Source: an uncultured Anaerolineales bacterium (GTDB taxonomy: Bacteria > Planctomycetota > Phycisphaerae > FEN-1346). From it: DNA of 64,000 nt. A program made the translations under genes and the position numbers. Shown one piece after another: positions 1 through 13,024 of the stretch (its first letter is position 1; every line of letters starts with the position of its first letter). The notes under the pieces were generated by a model. It searched no databases, had not been told where the DNA came from, and saw only the letters and a list, made by a program, of their open reading frames with translations. The stretch covers positions 156-64,155 of the forward strand of contig CAYNLG010000010.1 of assembly GCA_964397995.1 (NCBI GenBank), in the 5' to 3' direction.

Positions 1-10
1 CCCGCTCTAG

Positions 11-1990
<1,980 letters not shown>

Positions 1991-1995
1991 GCCCG

Positions 1996-3306
1996 ATGGC
2001 CACCGTGTTGCCGTTCCGGGCCGTCCGGTACAACACGCGCGATCCGCTGAGCCTGGCGCTGGTGACCGCGCCGCCGTACGACTGCATCACCCCGGCCGAG
2101 CGCGACGAGCTCATGCGGACCCACCCGCACAACATCGTCCGGCTGATCCTCGGCAAAGACGAGGTCGGCGACACCGCGGAGCACAACAAGTACACCCGGG
2201 CGGCCGACCTGCTGAACAGGTGGCTCGGGGCGGGCATCCTCGCCCGCGACGCCGAGCCGGCCCTCTACTTCCACCAGCAGGAGTTCGACGTCGAGGGCCG
2301 CCATTACGTGCGCGAAGGGTTCCTCGCGCGCGTCGGCCTCGAGCCCTTCGGCAGCGGCAAGGTCTTTCCGCACGAGGAGACGATGCCCGGCCCCAAGGCC
2401 GACCGGCTGAAGCTCATGCACGCCACCCGGGCCAACCTTTCGCCCATCTTCGGCCTGTTCCCCGACCCGGAGAACGAGGTCACCGGCTACTTCGCGGATG
2501 TCGCGGCGTGCGACCCGGTGGCCCAGACGGTCGATGGGGAGGGCGTCGTCCACCGCCTGTTCGCCTGCACGGACGAGGCGACCGTCGCGCGCGTCACCGC
2601 CGCGATGGCCGACCGCGCGATCTTCATCGCCGACGGTCACCACCGCTACGAGACCGCGCTGGAGTACAAGCGGCAGTTGGAGGCCGCCGGCGAGGCTGTC
2701 GGCCCCGACCACCCGGCCGCCTCCGTCCTCATGATGTGCGTTTCGATGCACCACCCGGGCCTGGCGATCCTCCCGACCCATCGCGTCCTGAGGAACGTCA
2801 AGGGCCTGACCGTCGACCGCCTCCGCCGGGCCACCGAGGACGACTTCGAGTGGACCGAGTACACCGGCGCCGAGGCCACGAGCCCGCGCATGAAGGACCA
2901 CCTGGAGCGGGCACGCGGGCACGCGTTCGGCCTCTGGGCCCGCGACACCAGCGCCGGCTATGTCCTGAGGCTCAAGACTGTCAAGACGATGGACAAGCTG
3001 GCGAAGGACCGCTCGAAGGCGTGGCGGCGGCTGGACCCGGCCGTCCTGCGGGAAGTGCTGCTCGCCCGGGACCTGCCGGCGGCGGCCGACGCGACAGACC
3101 GGATGGAACTCGAGTTCGTGCATCTGGCGCAGCAGGCGTTCGACGCCGTGCACGAAGACGGGGCGGACGCGGCCTTCGTGCTGCGGCCGTTGCCGGTCGA
3201 GAGCCTGGAGGCCGTCACCCGCGAGGGCGAACGCATGCCGCCCAAGTCCACGTACTTCTACCCGAAGCTGCTCTCGGGACTGGTGATCAATCTGCTCAGC
3301 GACTGA
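1996..3306 (+). CDS. DUF1015 family protein
   Basis: PPYD, PHEET, IADGHHRYETA and C-terminal MPPKSTYFYPK motifs. Confidence 0.9.
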   Translation: MATVLPFRAVRYNTRDPLSLALVTAPPYDCITPAERDELMRTHPHNIVRLILGKDEVGDTAEHNKYTRAADLLNRWLGAGILARDAEPALYFHQQEFDVEGRHYVREGFLARVGLEPFGSGKVFPHEETMPGPKADRLKLMHATRANLSPIFGLFPDPENEVTGYFADVAACDPVAQTVDGEGVVHRLFACTDEATVARVTAAMADRAIFIADGHHRYETALEYKRQLEAAGEAVGPDHPAASVLMMCVSMHHPGLAILPTHRVLRNVKGLTVDRLRRATEDDFEWTEYTGAEATSPRMKDHLERARGHAFGLWARDTSAGYVLRLKTVKTMDKLAKDRSKAWRRLDPAVLREVLLARDLPAAADATDRMELEFVHLAQQAFDAVHEDGADAAFVLRPLPVESLEAVTREGERMPPKSTYFYPKLLSGLVINLLSD

Positions 3307-3366
3307 CGCCGGCGGGCGCCCGGCGCGCCTCGCCCGGCCGTCCTGGCCCGTGCCAAGGAGCCTGCC

Positions 3367-4368
3367 GTGATCCGCATCGCCTTCGTCGGGTGCGCCCACA
3401 TCCATACCCCCGGGTTCGCCGAACTGGTGGCCAAACGCCCGGACGTCGAGACCGCCTACACCTGGGACCCCGACCCCGCGCGCGCCACGGCCCGGGCTGC
3501 CGACCTCGGCGCCAAGGCCGTCCGCAGCCGCAAGAGGATCTGGGACGACGGGGACGTGGCGGCCGTGGTCATCTGCTCCGAGACCCGCCGGCACCGGCGG
3601 CTGGTGCGCGAGGCCGTCGACGCCGGCAAACCCCTGTTCGTCGAGAAGCCCCTCGGCATGAAGGCCCGCGACGCCCGGGAGATGGCCGGGTGGATTGCGG
3701 AGGCGGGCCTCCCGTTCCAGACCGGGTACATGATGCGGTGCCGGCCGGCCCACCGGTTTCTCCGCGACGAGACCGCCGCCGGGCACCTCGGCACCGTGAC
3801 GCGGGCCCGCATGTCGAACTGCCATCGCGGCTCCCTCGCGGGCTGGTTCGACGAGGAATGGGCCTGGATGGCCGACCCGAAACAGGCTGGCGTCGGCGCC
3901 TACGGCGACCTCGGGACGCACGGCCTCGACCTCCTCATGTGGCTGCTCGGGGACGTGACCGAGGCAACCGGCGTGATCCAGGCCGTCACGGGCCGCTACG
4001 GCGAGTGCGATGAATCCGGCGAGGGCCTGCTGCGGTTCGCGTCGGGCGCCGCCGGGACGTTGGCCGCCGGGTGGGTGGACCTGGCGAACCCCGCGACGCT
4101 CGAAGTCAGCGGCACGGAGGGGCACGCGGCCATTCTGAAGGGCGACCTCTACTACACGTCGAAGCACGTCGAGAAGGCTGACGGCAAGACGCCGTGGACG
4201 GACCTGCCGCCCGCGCTGGACCCGCCGCTCGCCCTCTTCCTGGACGCGGTGGGCGGGAAGGCCGACGTGCCGCTCGTGCCGGTGGAGGAGGCGGCGTCGC
4301 GCGTGGCCGTGATGGAGGCGATCTACCAGGGCGCGGCCCGGCGCCGGTGGGTCAAGCCGGCGGGGTAG
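3367..4368 (+). CDS. Gfo/Idh/MocA family oxidoreductase
   Basis: Rossmann N-terminus, VEKP motif, DLGTH; AAGGAG SD. Confidence 0.9.
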   Translation: MIRIAFVGCAHIHTPGFAELVAKRPDVETAYTWDPDPARATARAADLGAKAVRSRKRIWDDGDVAAVVICSETRRHRRLVREAVDAGKPLFVEKPLGMKARDAREMAGWIAEAGLPFQTGYMMRCRPAHRFLRDETAAGHLGTVTRARMSNCHRGSLAGWFDEEWAWMADPKQAGVGAYGDLGTHGLDLLMWLLGDVTEATGVIQAVTGRYGECDESGEGLLRFASGAAGTLAAGWVDLANPATLEVSGTEGHAAILKGDLYYTSKHVEKADGKTPWTDLPPALDPPLALFLDAVGGKADVPLVPVEEAASRVAVMEAIYQGAARRRWVKPAG

Positions 4369-4544
4369 GGCTCCTCCGGTGTTTTTGTGTACCTGTAACT
4401 CCTTTGTGGAGAGGGCCTTAGGGTTTTTTCCCCGCCGTGCGGTTGGCAGGATCGCCCTGGGCCACCGCGCGCCGGGTGGGGCGTCCGCAGAGATTGGGCT
4501 GTTGCCGCATACGGGAAACGGGCGCTGTCCGCGCGGTTTTTCGC

Positions 4545-4574
4545 TTGGGACGGTCCGCGCCGCCGGGCTATAAT
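4545..4574 (+). promoter_or_regulatory. putative sigma70 promoter
   Basis: perfect TATAAT at 4569-4574; weak -35 TTGGGA 18 nt upstream. Confidence 0.45.
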
Positions 4575-4656
4575 CGGTGCTCGCCAGGCGCGGCCGGACC
4601 CGCCTGAGACGACCTGCGGCCCCCCGTGGCCCGATGCCAGATGGACGAGGCCCACC

Positions 4657-6219
4657 GTGCTGACATTCCGCGTGCTTGTCGGCGGCAAACCGCCCGACGC
4701 GCTTGAGACCGACGCGATGTACCTGACGAGCCTCGAGGGGCAACCGATCCGGGCTCGCTTCCGCTACGCCGCCGAAACCGGTTTGCTCTTCTGCGACCGG
4801 CGCAGCCAGGGCGTGGCCGCTCTCAACCTGCCGTGGACGCTGAAGTCCGGCAGCCGTCTTATGGTCCGCACGGCCCTTCTGCCGGACCGCGAGGACCCGT
4901 ACCTGTTGCCGCTGGAGTTGGCGCGCGGCCAGATTTCCGAGGCGTGGCGCAAGAAGGACGACTGGGGCTATATCTACCGCGAACCGGGCGAGAACTTCCG
5001 CAGCCGGTTCAGGGACGTCCGCCTGCTGATGGCCCGGGCCGTCACGCTCCAGGATGCGCCGCAGGCGGCAGCGGACTTGGCCGAGGATGCCCTCGCCCAG
5101 GCCGTGGAACTCGGCGAGGACCTGGCCGGGGCCGACGCCGCACAGGGCATCGCCCGCCGCCGCAAGGGTGGCCAGCTTGCCCGCGTCGACTTCGGGTGCT
5201 ACTGGGACCTGGCCGAAGAGAACGAGACCGTCCAGGTCCGCTTCAGCCGCGTCTTCAACTACGCCACCCTCCCGTTCGCATGGCGCGCCATTGAGCCGCG
5301 CGAGCAGGAGTTCGACTGGAGTTGGCACGACGGGTGGGTCCAGTGGCTCGAGGCCAAGGGCATCGGGATCAAGGGCGGCGAGTTGGTCCGCTTCAGCGAG
5401 CCCTACTTGCCCGACTGGGTCTGGATTTGGGAGAACGATTTCGAGTCCATCCGGGACTACGTCTTCGACCATTGCGAACGCTGCGTGCAGCGGTTCCGCG
5501 GCCGCGTCGACCACTGGGACGCGGTCACGGGCCTCCACGTCGAGAACTGCATGGGCTTTTCGCTCGACCAGATCCTCGAGGTGACGCGGGTCAGTGTCCA
5601 CGCGATCAAGCGGACCGACCCCTCGGCCCGGGTCGTGCTGAACGTGGTCCAGCCGTGGGGCGAGTACTTCGCGACGAACCAGCGCTCCATCTGGCCCTTC
5701 CACTACGCCGAGATGTGCATGAACGCCGGTATCCAGTTCGACGTGGTCGGCGTCCAGTTCCTCCAGGGCGTGCCGCACGAGGGGCTTCACTGCCGCGACA
5801 TGCTGGCCGCCAGCGACATGCTCGACCGGTTCGGCTCCCTCGGAAAGCCCGTCCACGTGACGGCGGTCGGGGCGCCCTCGGCCGGCGCACCCGACCCCCA
5901 GGCCCGTCTGGATTTCGGCGAACGCGATCCGGGGTCGGGCGGCGTGTGGCACCAGCGGTGGGACGAGGCCGTCCAAAGCGAGTGGCTGGGCGCGTTCTAC
6001 CACGTCGCCATCGCCAAGCCGTTTGTCCGGGCCGTCGTCTGGCGCGACTTCAGCGACCACCAGACGCACCACTTGGCCCACGGCGGCCTGATGCGGAAGA
6101 ACCTCACGCCGAAGATCGCCTTCCAGCGGCTTGTCAACGTCCGGGAGAAGATCTGGCCGGGCAGCGGCGGGGGCGACGCCGGCGACATCTTCCTGGCGGC
6201 CGCCGACGACGAAAGCTAG
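4657..6219 (+). CDS. GH10 (endo-1,4-beta-xylanase)-like TIM barrel protein, probably catalytically inactive
   Basis: FNYATLPFAWRAIEP, RFRGRVDHWDAV, FDVVGVQ and LGKPVHVT resemble GH10; both catalytic Glu positions are substituted. Confidence 0.75.
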   Translation: MLTFRVLVGGKPPDALETDAMYLTSLEGQPIRARFRYAAETGLLFCDRRSQGVAALNLPWTLKSGSRLMVRTALLPDREDPYLLPLELARGQISEAWRKKDDWGYIYREPGENFRSRFRDVRLLMARAVTLQDAPQAAADLAEDALAQAVELGEDLAGADAAQGIARRRKGGQLARVDFGCYWDLAEENETVQVRFSRVFNYATLPFAWRAIEPREQEFDWSWHDGWVQWLEAKGIGIKGGELVRFSEPYLPDWVWIWENDFESIRDYVFDHCERCVQRFRGRVDHWDAVTGLHVENCMGFSLDQILEVTRVSVHAIKRTDPSARVVLNVVQPWGEYFATNQRSIWPFHYAEMCMNAGIQFDVVGVQFLQGVPHEGLHCRDMLAASDMLDRFGSLGKPVHVTAVGAPSAGAPDPQARLDFGERDPGSGGVWHQRWDEAVQSEWLGAFYHVAIAKPFVRAVVWRDFSDHQTHHLAHGGLMRKNLTPKIAFQRLVNVREKIWPGSGGGDAGDIFLAAADDES

Positions 6220-6237
6220 GCGCCCCAGCGGCCCGGA

Positions 6238-7428
6238 TCACGGCGCCTTGCGTCCCGCCGGCCGCCGCAGAATCAGGCGCCGCGCCAGCCACACCAAGCC
6301 CACCGCCGCAAGCAGTGCCAGGACGACCTCCGGGGCGCGATACAGCCGCGGCCGCGACGTGGATGGCTCTTCCTCGGCCGCCTGGAGTTCGGGCGTCGGC
6401 TCGACCATGGTCACGTCGGGCGGTTCGCCCTCGAAGAACGTGTACGTCGTCGTCCACGCCCGGGAGGCGCCGGGATCCAGATCAATCGCAAGGAATCCCT
6501 CCGGGCAGAGCTCGACGCGCGACGCGTACACGTGGACGCGGACGGGCGTCCAGTCGCCCTCGATGAGCACCCCCGCCTCGGCGTCGGTGTGGTCGAGCGT
6601 CAGGCGGTTCTCGGCCGGGGCCGTCCATCCTTCCGTCTTGGCGAAGAACGCCGGGCTCATCGGTCCGTCGCCCAGGAAGTTGAGCTCGCGCCCGACGATC
6701 TGGCCGCCGAACTTCCCGTTCAGGCGGGTCACCTTCGGCTCGATGGCGAAGCGGATGCGGTAGCCGGGGCCCAGCTCCCGCCCGTCCACGTTCAGGAAGT
6801 TGTGGCAGTAGGTCTCCAGGGCCATCGGCTTGGTGCCGGTGTTCGTCAGCCGGTGGTCGATGGCAAAGCCGTCCCCGCCTTCCAGGAGCCGCACGGTCTT
6901 CTCGTAGGCCCACCCGACGCCGCTCGGATGGGCGAGTGTCTGGGCGAAGTGCACGGCCGCCGGCTCGGCGTCGACCTGCCACGGCGCGGGCTCGACGGTC
7001 CACGGGCCGCCCTTGTCGGTCCGCGCGGCCAGGCCGATGCCGACCCGCAGCATCGCGTCCGTCGCGGGGGGAACCGGCGTCACCTTGAGGGCCGGCTTGT
7101 ACTCCTCGACCGTCCCGAGGCTGTAGGCGGGGGGGGCATCGGGCCCGTCGCCCGCGCGGCCGCCGATGAAGGTGTGGCCCTTCCATTCCGCCAGCGCCAC
7201 GCGGCCGGACCAGTCGAAGCGGATGCCGCCGAAATCCTCCGACCAGCGGTCAGAGACGAACGAGTCGCCTTCGGGCAGGAGCACCACGATCCGCAGCGCC
7301 CCCCGCGCCAGCACCACGCGGGGCAGGGAACGGTTGGTGTCCGTCCAGAAGGCATTCTCGACCCGCGCCGAGGCCGTGCCGCAGGCCACCAGTACCCCCG
7401 CCGCGACTGCCAAGCCGTATCGTGCCAT
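6238..7428 (-). CDS. exported galactose-mutarotase-like protein with C-terminal membrane anchor
   Basis: signal peptide (ASA cleavage), HRLTNTG...YCHNF and ELCPE motifs, C-terminal TM plus basic tail. Confidence 0.6.
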   Translation of the reverse strand: MARYGLAVAAGVLVACGTASARVENAFWTDTNRSLPRVVLARGALRIVVLLPEGDSFVSDRWSEDFGGIRFDWSGRVALAEWKGHTFIGGRAGDGPDAPPAYSLGTVEEYKPALKVTPVPPATDAMLRVGIGLAARTDKGGPWTVEPAPWQVDAEPAAVHFAQTLAHPSGVGWAYEKTVRLLEGGDGFAIDHRLTNTGTKPMALETYCHNFLNVDGRELGPGYRIRFAIEPKVTRLNGKFGGQIVGRELNFLGDGPMSPAFFAKTEGWTAPAENRLTLDHTDAEAGVLIEGDWTPVRVHVYASRVELCPEGFLAIDLDPGASRAWTTTYTFFEGEPPDVTMVEPTPELQAAEEEPSTSRPRLYRAPEVVLALLAAVGLVWLARRLILRRPAGRKAP

Positions 7429-7522
7429 GTCACCAGCGTACCGGCCCGGGGCGTCCGTTGCCATGGGATTCGCCCGTGCCGGCCGCTTGCCGCCGACCTC
7501 CGGGGCTCGCATAATGAGGGCC

Positions 7523-7954
7523 ATGTCCGAGACGCCCCAGCCGACCGGCCGCCGTCCCGCCTGGATTGCGCGGGCCGAGCAGGCGGCCCTTGTGGTCGTC
7601 GGCACCCTCGTGCTGGCAGGGGTCGTCTACCGGGTGGCCGACCGGTGGCGCCTCGGCCGCGACCCGCTCCGCCTGGAGCCCGACCCCGCGGGGCCTGGGT
7701 ATCGGGTCGACGTCAACCGGGCTGGCTGGGCGGAGTTGGCGCTGGTGCCCGGTCTTGGCGAAACGCTCTCCCGTCGCATCGTTGCCCTGCGGCAAGCGCG
7801 CGGCCGGCCGTTCGAAACGCTCGAAGAGCTGCTTGCCGTTGATGGCATCGGCGAGACGATCCTCGCGAAGCTCCGTCCCTACCTGACCCTTGGCGACCCG
7901 GCGGCCGACCCGCCGGACCCGGACGAGCCCATCGACCTCCTGAACGCCCCGTGA
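7523..7954 (+). CDS. comEA: ComEA family helix-hairpin-helix DNA-binding protein
   Basis: N-terminal TM, VDVNRA..EL..VPGLG and VDGIG HhH motifs. Confidence 0.85.
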   Translation: MSETPQPTGRRPAWIARAEQAALVVVGTLVLAGVVYRVADRWRLGRDPLRLEPDPAGPGYRVDVNRAGWAELALVPGLGETLSRRIVALRQARGRPFETLEELLAVDGIGETILAKLRPYLTLGDPAADPPDPDEPIDLLNAP

Positions 7955-8054
7955 GCCGGTTCATCGGCGCGACCTTCGAGCGTTGCCGGTGGCGGCCGCC
8001 CGTGCTAGAATGCCGCGCTTGGCCAGGGCCGCGCCGCCGCCCGGGAGACTCCCG

Positions 8055-10034
8055 ATGCCGCGCTTTGAACTCGTCAGCGACTTCCAGCCGAAGGGTGACC
8101 AGCCCGCGGCCATCGACGCGCTCGTCGACGGCCTGGCGACCGGCCGCCGCTGGCAGACGCTTCTCGGCGTGACGGGGTCGGGCAAGACCTTCACCATGGC
8201 CAACGTCATCGAGCGTGTCCAGCGGCCGACGCTCGTCATCAGCCACAACAAGACCCTAGCGGCCCAGCTCTACGGTGAGTTCCGCGAGTTCTTCCCGCAC
8301 AACGCGGTCGCGTACTTCGTTTCCTACTACGACTACTACCAGCCCGAAGCCTACATCCCCGCCCGGGATATCTACATTGAGAAGGACGCGTCGATCAACG
8401 ACGACATTGACCGCCTTCGCCTCAAGGCCACCAGCGCCCTCCTGCACCGGCGCGATGTCGTCATCGTTGCCAGCGTCTCGTGCATTTACGGCCTCGGCGA
8501 CCCGGAACACTACGAGACGATGGTCGTCCCCCTCAAGACCGGCCAGGCTATCGAGCGGGACGACCTGCTGCGGCGGTTGGTCGATCTCCAGTACGAGCGG
8601 AAGGACCTGGACTTCGGACGGGGGGCGTTCCGGGTGCGCGGCGACTGCGTGGACGTCCAGCCGGCCTACGAGGAGTTCGCTTACCGGGTTGAGTTCTTCG
8701 GTGACGAGATCGAACGCATTGTCCTCATGAACCCGACCTCCGGGGAGAGTCTCGGCACCGAGGACGAGACGTTCATCTATCCCGCCAAGCACTATGTTCT
8801 GCCCGAGGAGCACGTCGATCGGGCCTGCGTCCTGATCGAGGACGAACTGGCGGAGCAGTTGCGTTCGCTGCGGCGGCAGGGCAAGATTCTGGAGGCCCAG
8901 CGCCTGGAAGCCCGCACGAAGTACGACCTCGAGATGCTCCGCGAGGTCGGCTACTGCTCCGGCATCGAGAACTACAGCCGCCACCTCAGCGGCCGCAAGG
9001 AAGGCGAGCGGCCGTACTGCCTCATCGACTACTTCCCGGACGACTCCCTCGTGTTCGTGGACGAGAGCCACGTCACGCTGCCGCAAATCCGGGCCATGTA
9101 CGCCGGCGACCGCAGCCGCAAGGAGACGCTCGTCGAACACGGCTTCCGACTGCCGTCGGCCCTCGACAACCGTCCGCTGCGTTTCGACGAATGGGAAGCC
9201 ATGGTCGGCCAAGGCGTCTTCGTCTCGGCCACGCCCGGCGAGTTCGAGATGGAGCGGTGCGCCGGCGAAGCCGTCGAGCAGATCATCCGCCCGACGGGCC
9301 TCGTGGACCCGGCCATCCGCATTGAGCCCGCGCGCGGCCAGGTCCAGCACTTGATGGATGAGGTCAAGGCCCGCACGGCCCGCGGCGAGCGATCGCTCGT
9401 CACGACCCTGACGAAGCGCCTCGCTGAGGACCTCTCGGAGTACTTCCGCCGGGCTGAGCTGAAGTGCGCGTATCTGCACAGCGAGGTCGAGGTCTTCGAG
9501 AGGAGCGAGATTCTCCGCGAGCTGCGCCTCGGCACGTACGACGTCGTGGTCGGCGTCAACCTGCTGCGCGAAGGCCTCGACCTGCCGGAAGTCAGCCTGG
9601 TGGCCATCCTGGATGCCGACCGCGAGGGGTTCCTGCGATCCGAGACCAGCCTGCTCCAGACGATCGGTCGCTGTGCGCGCCACGCCGACGCAGAGGTCAT
9701 CCTGTATGCCGACGAGGTGACCGAGAGCATGCGGCGGGCGATCGACGAGACGGATCGTCGGCGCGTGCGGCAACTGGAGTATAATGAGGCCCACGGAATC
9801 AAGCCGGAGACAATCAAGAAGGCCGTCCGGGCCGGCATCGAGGCCGAGGTCCAGTCCCGCCGCGCCGCCCGCACCGCCGTTCGCCTCTCAGAGGATGACT
9901 ACGCCCGCGCTGAACTTGTGCGCGAGTTGGAGGCCGAGATGCTGAAGGCGGCCGAAGCGCTCGAGTTCGAGCGGGCGGCCGAACTTCGCGACCGCATTGA
10001 GGAACTGACGCATGACACAGGACGCCGTTGCTAG
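8055..10034 (+). CDS. uvrB: excinuclease ABC subunit B
   Basis: [22 protein letters not shown] and C-terminal UVR domain; GGGAG SD. Confidence 0.98.
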   Translation: MPRFELVSDFQPKGDQPAAIDALVDGLATGRRWQTLLGVTGSGKTFTMANVIERVQRPTLVISHNKTLAAQLYGEFREFFPHNAVAYFVSYYDYYQPEAYIPARDIYIEKDASINDDIDRLRLKATSALLHRRDVVIVASVSCIYGLGDPEHYETMVVPLKTGQAIERDDLLRRLVDLQYERKDLDFGRGAFRVRGDCVDVQPAYEEFAYRVEFFGDEIERIVLMNPTSGESLGTEDETFIYPAKHYVLPEEHVDRACVLIEDELAEQLRSLRRQGKILEAQRLEARTKYDLEMLREVGYCSGIENYSRHLSGRKEGERPYCLIDYFPDDSLVFVDESHVTLPQIRAMYAGDRSRKETLVEHGFRLPSALDNRPLRFDEWEAMVGQGVFVSATPGEFEMERCAGEAVEQIIRPTGLVDPAIRIEPARGQVQHLMDEVKARTARGERSLVTTLTKRLAEDLSEYFRRAELKCAYLHSEVEVFERSEILRELRLGTYDVVVGVNLLREGLDLPEVSLVAILDADREGFLRSETSLLQTIGRCARHADAEVILYADEVTESMRRAIDETDRRRVRQLEYNEAHGIKPETIKKAVRAGIEAEVQSRRAARTAVRLSEDDYARAELVRELEAEMLKAAEALEFERAAELRDRIEELTHDTGRRC

Positions 10035-10932
10035 CACCATCCCACTGGATCGCCTGAAAGCCAGGGCCCTGGAGGGCCTCCAGCCCCTGTTGACGTTGGC
10101 CCTGGAAGAAGACATCGGGCCGGGCGACCTGACCACCGATGTGCTGATCGGCAGCAGCGTGACGGCCGAGGGACGCCTCCTTGCCACCGGCGAAGGTGTC
10201 GTCGCGGGGCTCATCTGCGTGACGCCGATCCTCCACCGCGTCGATCAGCGACTCCATTTCCGGGCCGCCATCAAGGACGGGACACACGTGCGGCCGGGGA
10301 GGCTGCTCGGGCGCATCCGCGGGCCGGTGCGGCCGATGTTGACCGCCGAACGGACCATGCTCAACTTCCTCCAGGCCCTTTCCGGCATCGCCACGCTGAC
10401 CCGGCGCTATGTCGAGGCCGTCAAGGGGACCGAGACCCTCATCCTTGATACCCGCAAGACCACCCCCGGCTGGCGGTTCCTCGAGAAGTACGCCGTCCGC
10501 ATGGGCGGTGGCACCAATCATCGCACGGGCCTCCACGACGGCGTCCTGATCAAGGACAACCATCTGGCAATTCGGGCGCCGGACCACGTGGGGGAGAGCA
10601 TCGCGGCCCTCGTGACCGAGGCTAAGGGCCGCATCGTGCCGGATATCCCCATCCAGGTCGAGCTCGAGCGGATCGAGTACCTCGAGGAGGTCTTGCGCGC
10701 CGAACCCGACATCGTTCTGCTCGACAACATGGGGCCCGAACTGCTACGCAAGGCGGTGGGCTTGAGGAACCGGCTGTCCAAGGACCGCAAGCCCGCCCTG
10801 GAGGCCTCGGGCGGCATCACGCTGGCCAACGTCCGGGCCGTTGCCGAAACCGGTGTCGACCGCATCAGCGTGGGCGCCCTGACGCACAGCGCCCCGAACC
10901 TCGACATCTCCTTCGAGGTGACCCCCCAGTGA
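10012..10932 (+). CDS. nadC: nicotinate-nucleotide diphosphorylase (carboxylating)
   Basis: DTRKT, IKDNH, LLDN, EASGG and [10 protein letters not shown] motifs. Confidence 0.97.
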   Translation: MTQDAVASTIPLDRLKARALEGLQPLLTLALEEDIGPGDLTTDVLIGSSVTAEGRLLATGEGVVAGLICVTPILHRVDQRLHFRAAIKDGTHVRPGRLLGRIRGPVRPMLTAERTMLNFLQALSGIATLTRRYVEAVKGTETLILDTRKTTPGWRFLEKYAVRMGGGTNHRTGLHDGVLIKDNHLAIRAPDHVGESIAALVTEAKGRIVPDIPIQVELERIEYLEEVLRAEPDIVLLDNMGPELLRKAVGLRNRLSKDRKPALEASGGITLANVRAVAETGVDRISVGALTHSAPNLDISFEVTPQ

Positions 10933-11918
10933 CCCCGGACCGACCAGCGCCGGACCCGCGCCTGACCCTCGCTCTGCGGGCACGCCGCGCTGGCCATGTC
11001 CATCCGGCCGCCCTTGCCGAAGCTCTTGGGTGGACGCCGGAGGCGGTGGCCCAGGCCGTCGCAGCTCTGCCGGCCGCCGGCTTCGTCGTTGAGGACCACC
11101 CGCATCAGGGCCTGAGGTTGACGGAGGTCCCCGAAGCGCTTCGGGAGGACGAACTGGCCTGCGATCTGGGTCCGCGGCGGGTCGGGCGGCGCGTGCGTTG
11201 CGTCGAATTGGCCGCCAGCACGAATGATGTGGTTTGGGGCGTTCTGGGGACCGAAGGTTCCGCGGCCGACGGCCTGGCCGTCTTCGCGGAGCACCAGACG
11301 GCCGGCCGGGGGCGCCGCGGCAACCGGTGGCTGGCACCGCCCCATCAGGCGATCCTCGCGAGCGTCGCTCTCGCGGGCCAGGACGGCGGCCGTCAGGCCG
11401 TCGGGCCCGAACTGACGCGCGCCGCAGCCGTGGCGGCCGCGCGGGCCGTGGAAGACGTGGCAGGTCGCGACGTGGGACTCCGTTGGCCGAACGACCTGGT
11501 CCTGAATGACCGGAAGCTGGGAGGGGTACTGGTCGAAGCCCGGCCCGGCCTGGGCGCGGTGGTGGGCATCGGCCTCAACGTCAGCCAACGGGAGGCGGCG
11601 TTTCCGGCCGGCCTCCGACGGGTGGTCACCTCGCTTGCGATGGTTGGCGAGGAGACAGACCGGACGCTGCTCGCCCGAGCCCTGCTCATGCGCCTGGATG
11701 CGGCCGTAAGCGAGAAGATGACTTCTGTTTCGGCCGAAGCGTCCAGCCGGTGCCGGACGCTGGGGCGGCGCATCCGGGCCATCGAAGCGGGCCGCGAGGT
11801 CGCTGGAGAGGTCGTTGCCCTGGACCCCGACTATGCCTTGGTGGTGCGGACGGGGGAGGGGGTGCTGACACGGCTGGGTGCGATGACGACCCACGTGCTG
11901 GCTCCCGGGGTGTGGTGA
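10929..11918 (+). CDS. birA: biotin--[acetyl-CoA-carboxylase] ligase with N-terminal HTH
   Basis: STND, QTAGRGRRGNRW, RWPND and KLGGVL motifs. Confidence 0.9.
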   Translation: MTPDRPAPDPRLTLALRARRAGHVHPAALAEALGWTPEAVAQAVAALPAAGFVVEDHPHQGLRLTEVPEALREDELACDLGPRRVGRRVRCVELAASTNDVVWGVLGTEGSAADGLAVFAEHQTAGRGRRGNRWLAPPHQAILASVALAGQDGGRQAVGPELTRAAAVAAARAVEDVAGRDVGLRWPNDLVLNDRKLGGVLVEARPGLGAVVGIGLNVSQREAAFPAGLRRVVTSLAMVGEETDRTLLARALLMRLDAAVSEKMTSVSAEASSRCRTLGRRIRAIEAGREVAGEVVALDPDYALVVRTGEGVLTRLGAMTTHVLAPGVW

Positions 11919-12202
11919 CAGGAAACCGCGCGCTTCCGCCAAGGGGCGCGCAGCGCCAGCCGTTAGCGTCGCGGGCTTGCGAAACCGGCGTCTGCTCGGT
12001 GTAAGTCTATTTATTTCAGGGCTTTACGTCAGTTCTTGCCCGCTGGCGCCTTGCTCAGGCGTCATTCAGCGTTTGACGATAGAGCGACCGTGCGTAGAGT
12101 TCAGGTTGTGCTGCCCCTGCTCCTTAGCCAGATTACCCAAACCGCCCATGTTTGCGGCGTGCGCGTGAAGATACAGCAACTAGCCAAGATGGAGAAAATC
12201 AG

Positions 12203-12230
12203 TGAAGGCCCCCTGGCATTCAGCCGATAT
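12203..12230 (+). promoter_or_regulatory. putative sigma28 (FliA/WhiG)-type promoter
   Basis: TGAAG...GCCGATAT in intergenic DNA upstream of the major pilin. Confidence 0.45.
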
Positions 12231-12512
12231 GGCCTGTGAGCCGCTGGAGGGCTCCGGGAAATCGGGCCTTCGGCGGGTCGTCTTGGCAAGACGAACGGGC
12301 AGCAGACGAGCCCCCCGGCCCGTCGTACCGCTGCCGGACGCGCGAGACCCTCGAAGGAGGTGAGACCCAGACCGGGCTCGCCGGCGACGGTCCAAGGTCG
12401 CCTTCTCGCAGCCGGCCGCGTGGCGAGGCAGCGAGACGAAGGGCCGGGGTATCCAGGGGTAAACGAGAACGTACCAAGCCCTCAGGGCGCCAGTCGCACA
12501 AGGAGAGTAACG

Positions 12513-12995
12513 ATGAAACGCACGGTGACGAAAGGCTTCACGCTGGTCGAAATCCTGATCGTCGTGATCATCCTCGGCATTCTCGCGGCGATCGTGATCC
12601 CGCAGTTTACCGAGGCCTCGAGCGAGGCCCGGGTCAGCAACCTCATGACCAACCTTCAGACGATCCGCAGCCAGCTCCTGCTCTACAAGACCCAGCACCT
12701 CGAAGACTACCCGGATGACTTCGCGGACCAGATGACGCAGTACACGGACGTCAACGGCAACACCAACGCGACCCCCGACTCCGACTATCCGTACGGCCCG
12801 TATCTGCAGTCCGTGCCGGCCAACCCGATCTCGGGCAGCAACGTGGTGCGCGAGGTGACCGGTGCCAGCACGACCTTCTCGGCCCCGGAGGCCGACGCCG
12901 GTTGGTGGTTCAACAGCGACACCGGCGAGTTCCGCGCCGACCTCACCGACACGCACACGACGACTGACGGCAACACCCAGTTGAACGAACTGTAA
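12513..12995 (+). CDS. major pilin / GspG-like pseudopilin
   Basis: KG|FTLVEILIVVIILGILAAIVIP class III signal; GPYL motif; AAGGAG SD. Confidence 0.92.
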   Translation: MKRTVTKGFTLVEILIVVIILGILAAIVIPQFTEASSEARVSNLMTNLQTIRSQLLLYKTQHLEDYPDDFADQMTQYTDVNGNTNATPDSDYPYGPYLQSVPANPISGSNVVREVTGASTTFSAPEADAGWWFNSDTGEFRADLTDTHTTTDGNTQLNEL

Positions 12996-13024
12996 ACGCT
13001 GTGGGTGCGCAGCGGTGACCGCCA

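Noticed and set aside
12100-12300. sigma54 promoter for the pilin
   Set aside because: The TGGCA sites lack a correctly spaced TTGC at -12.
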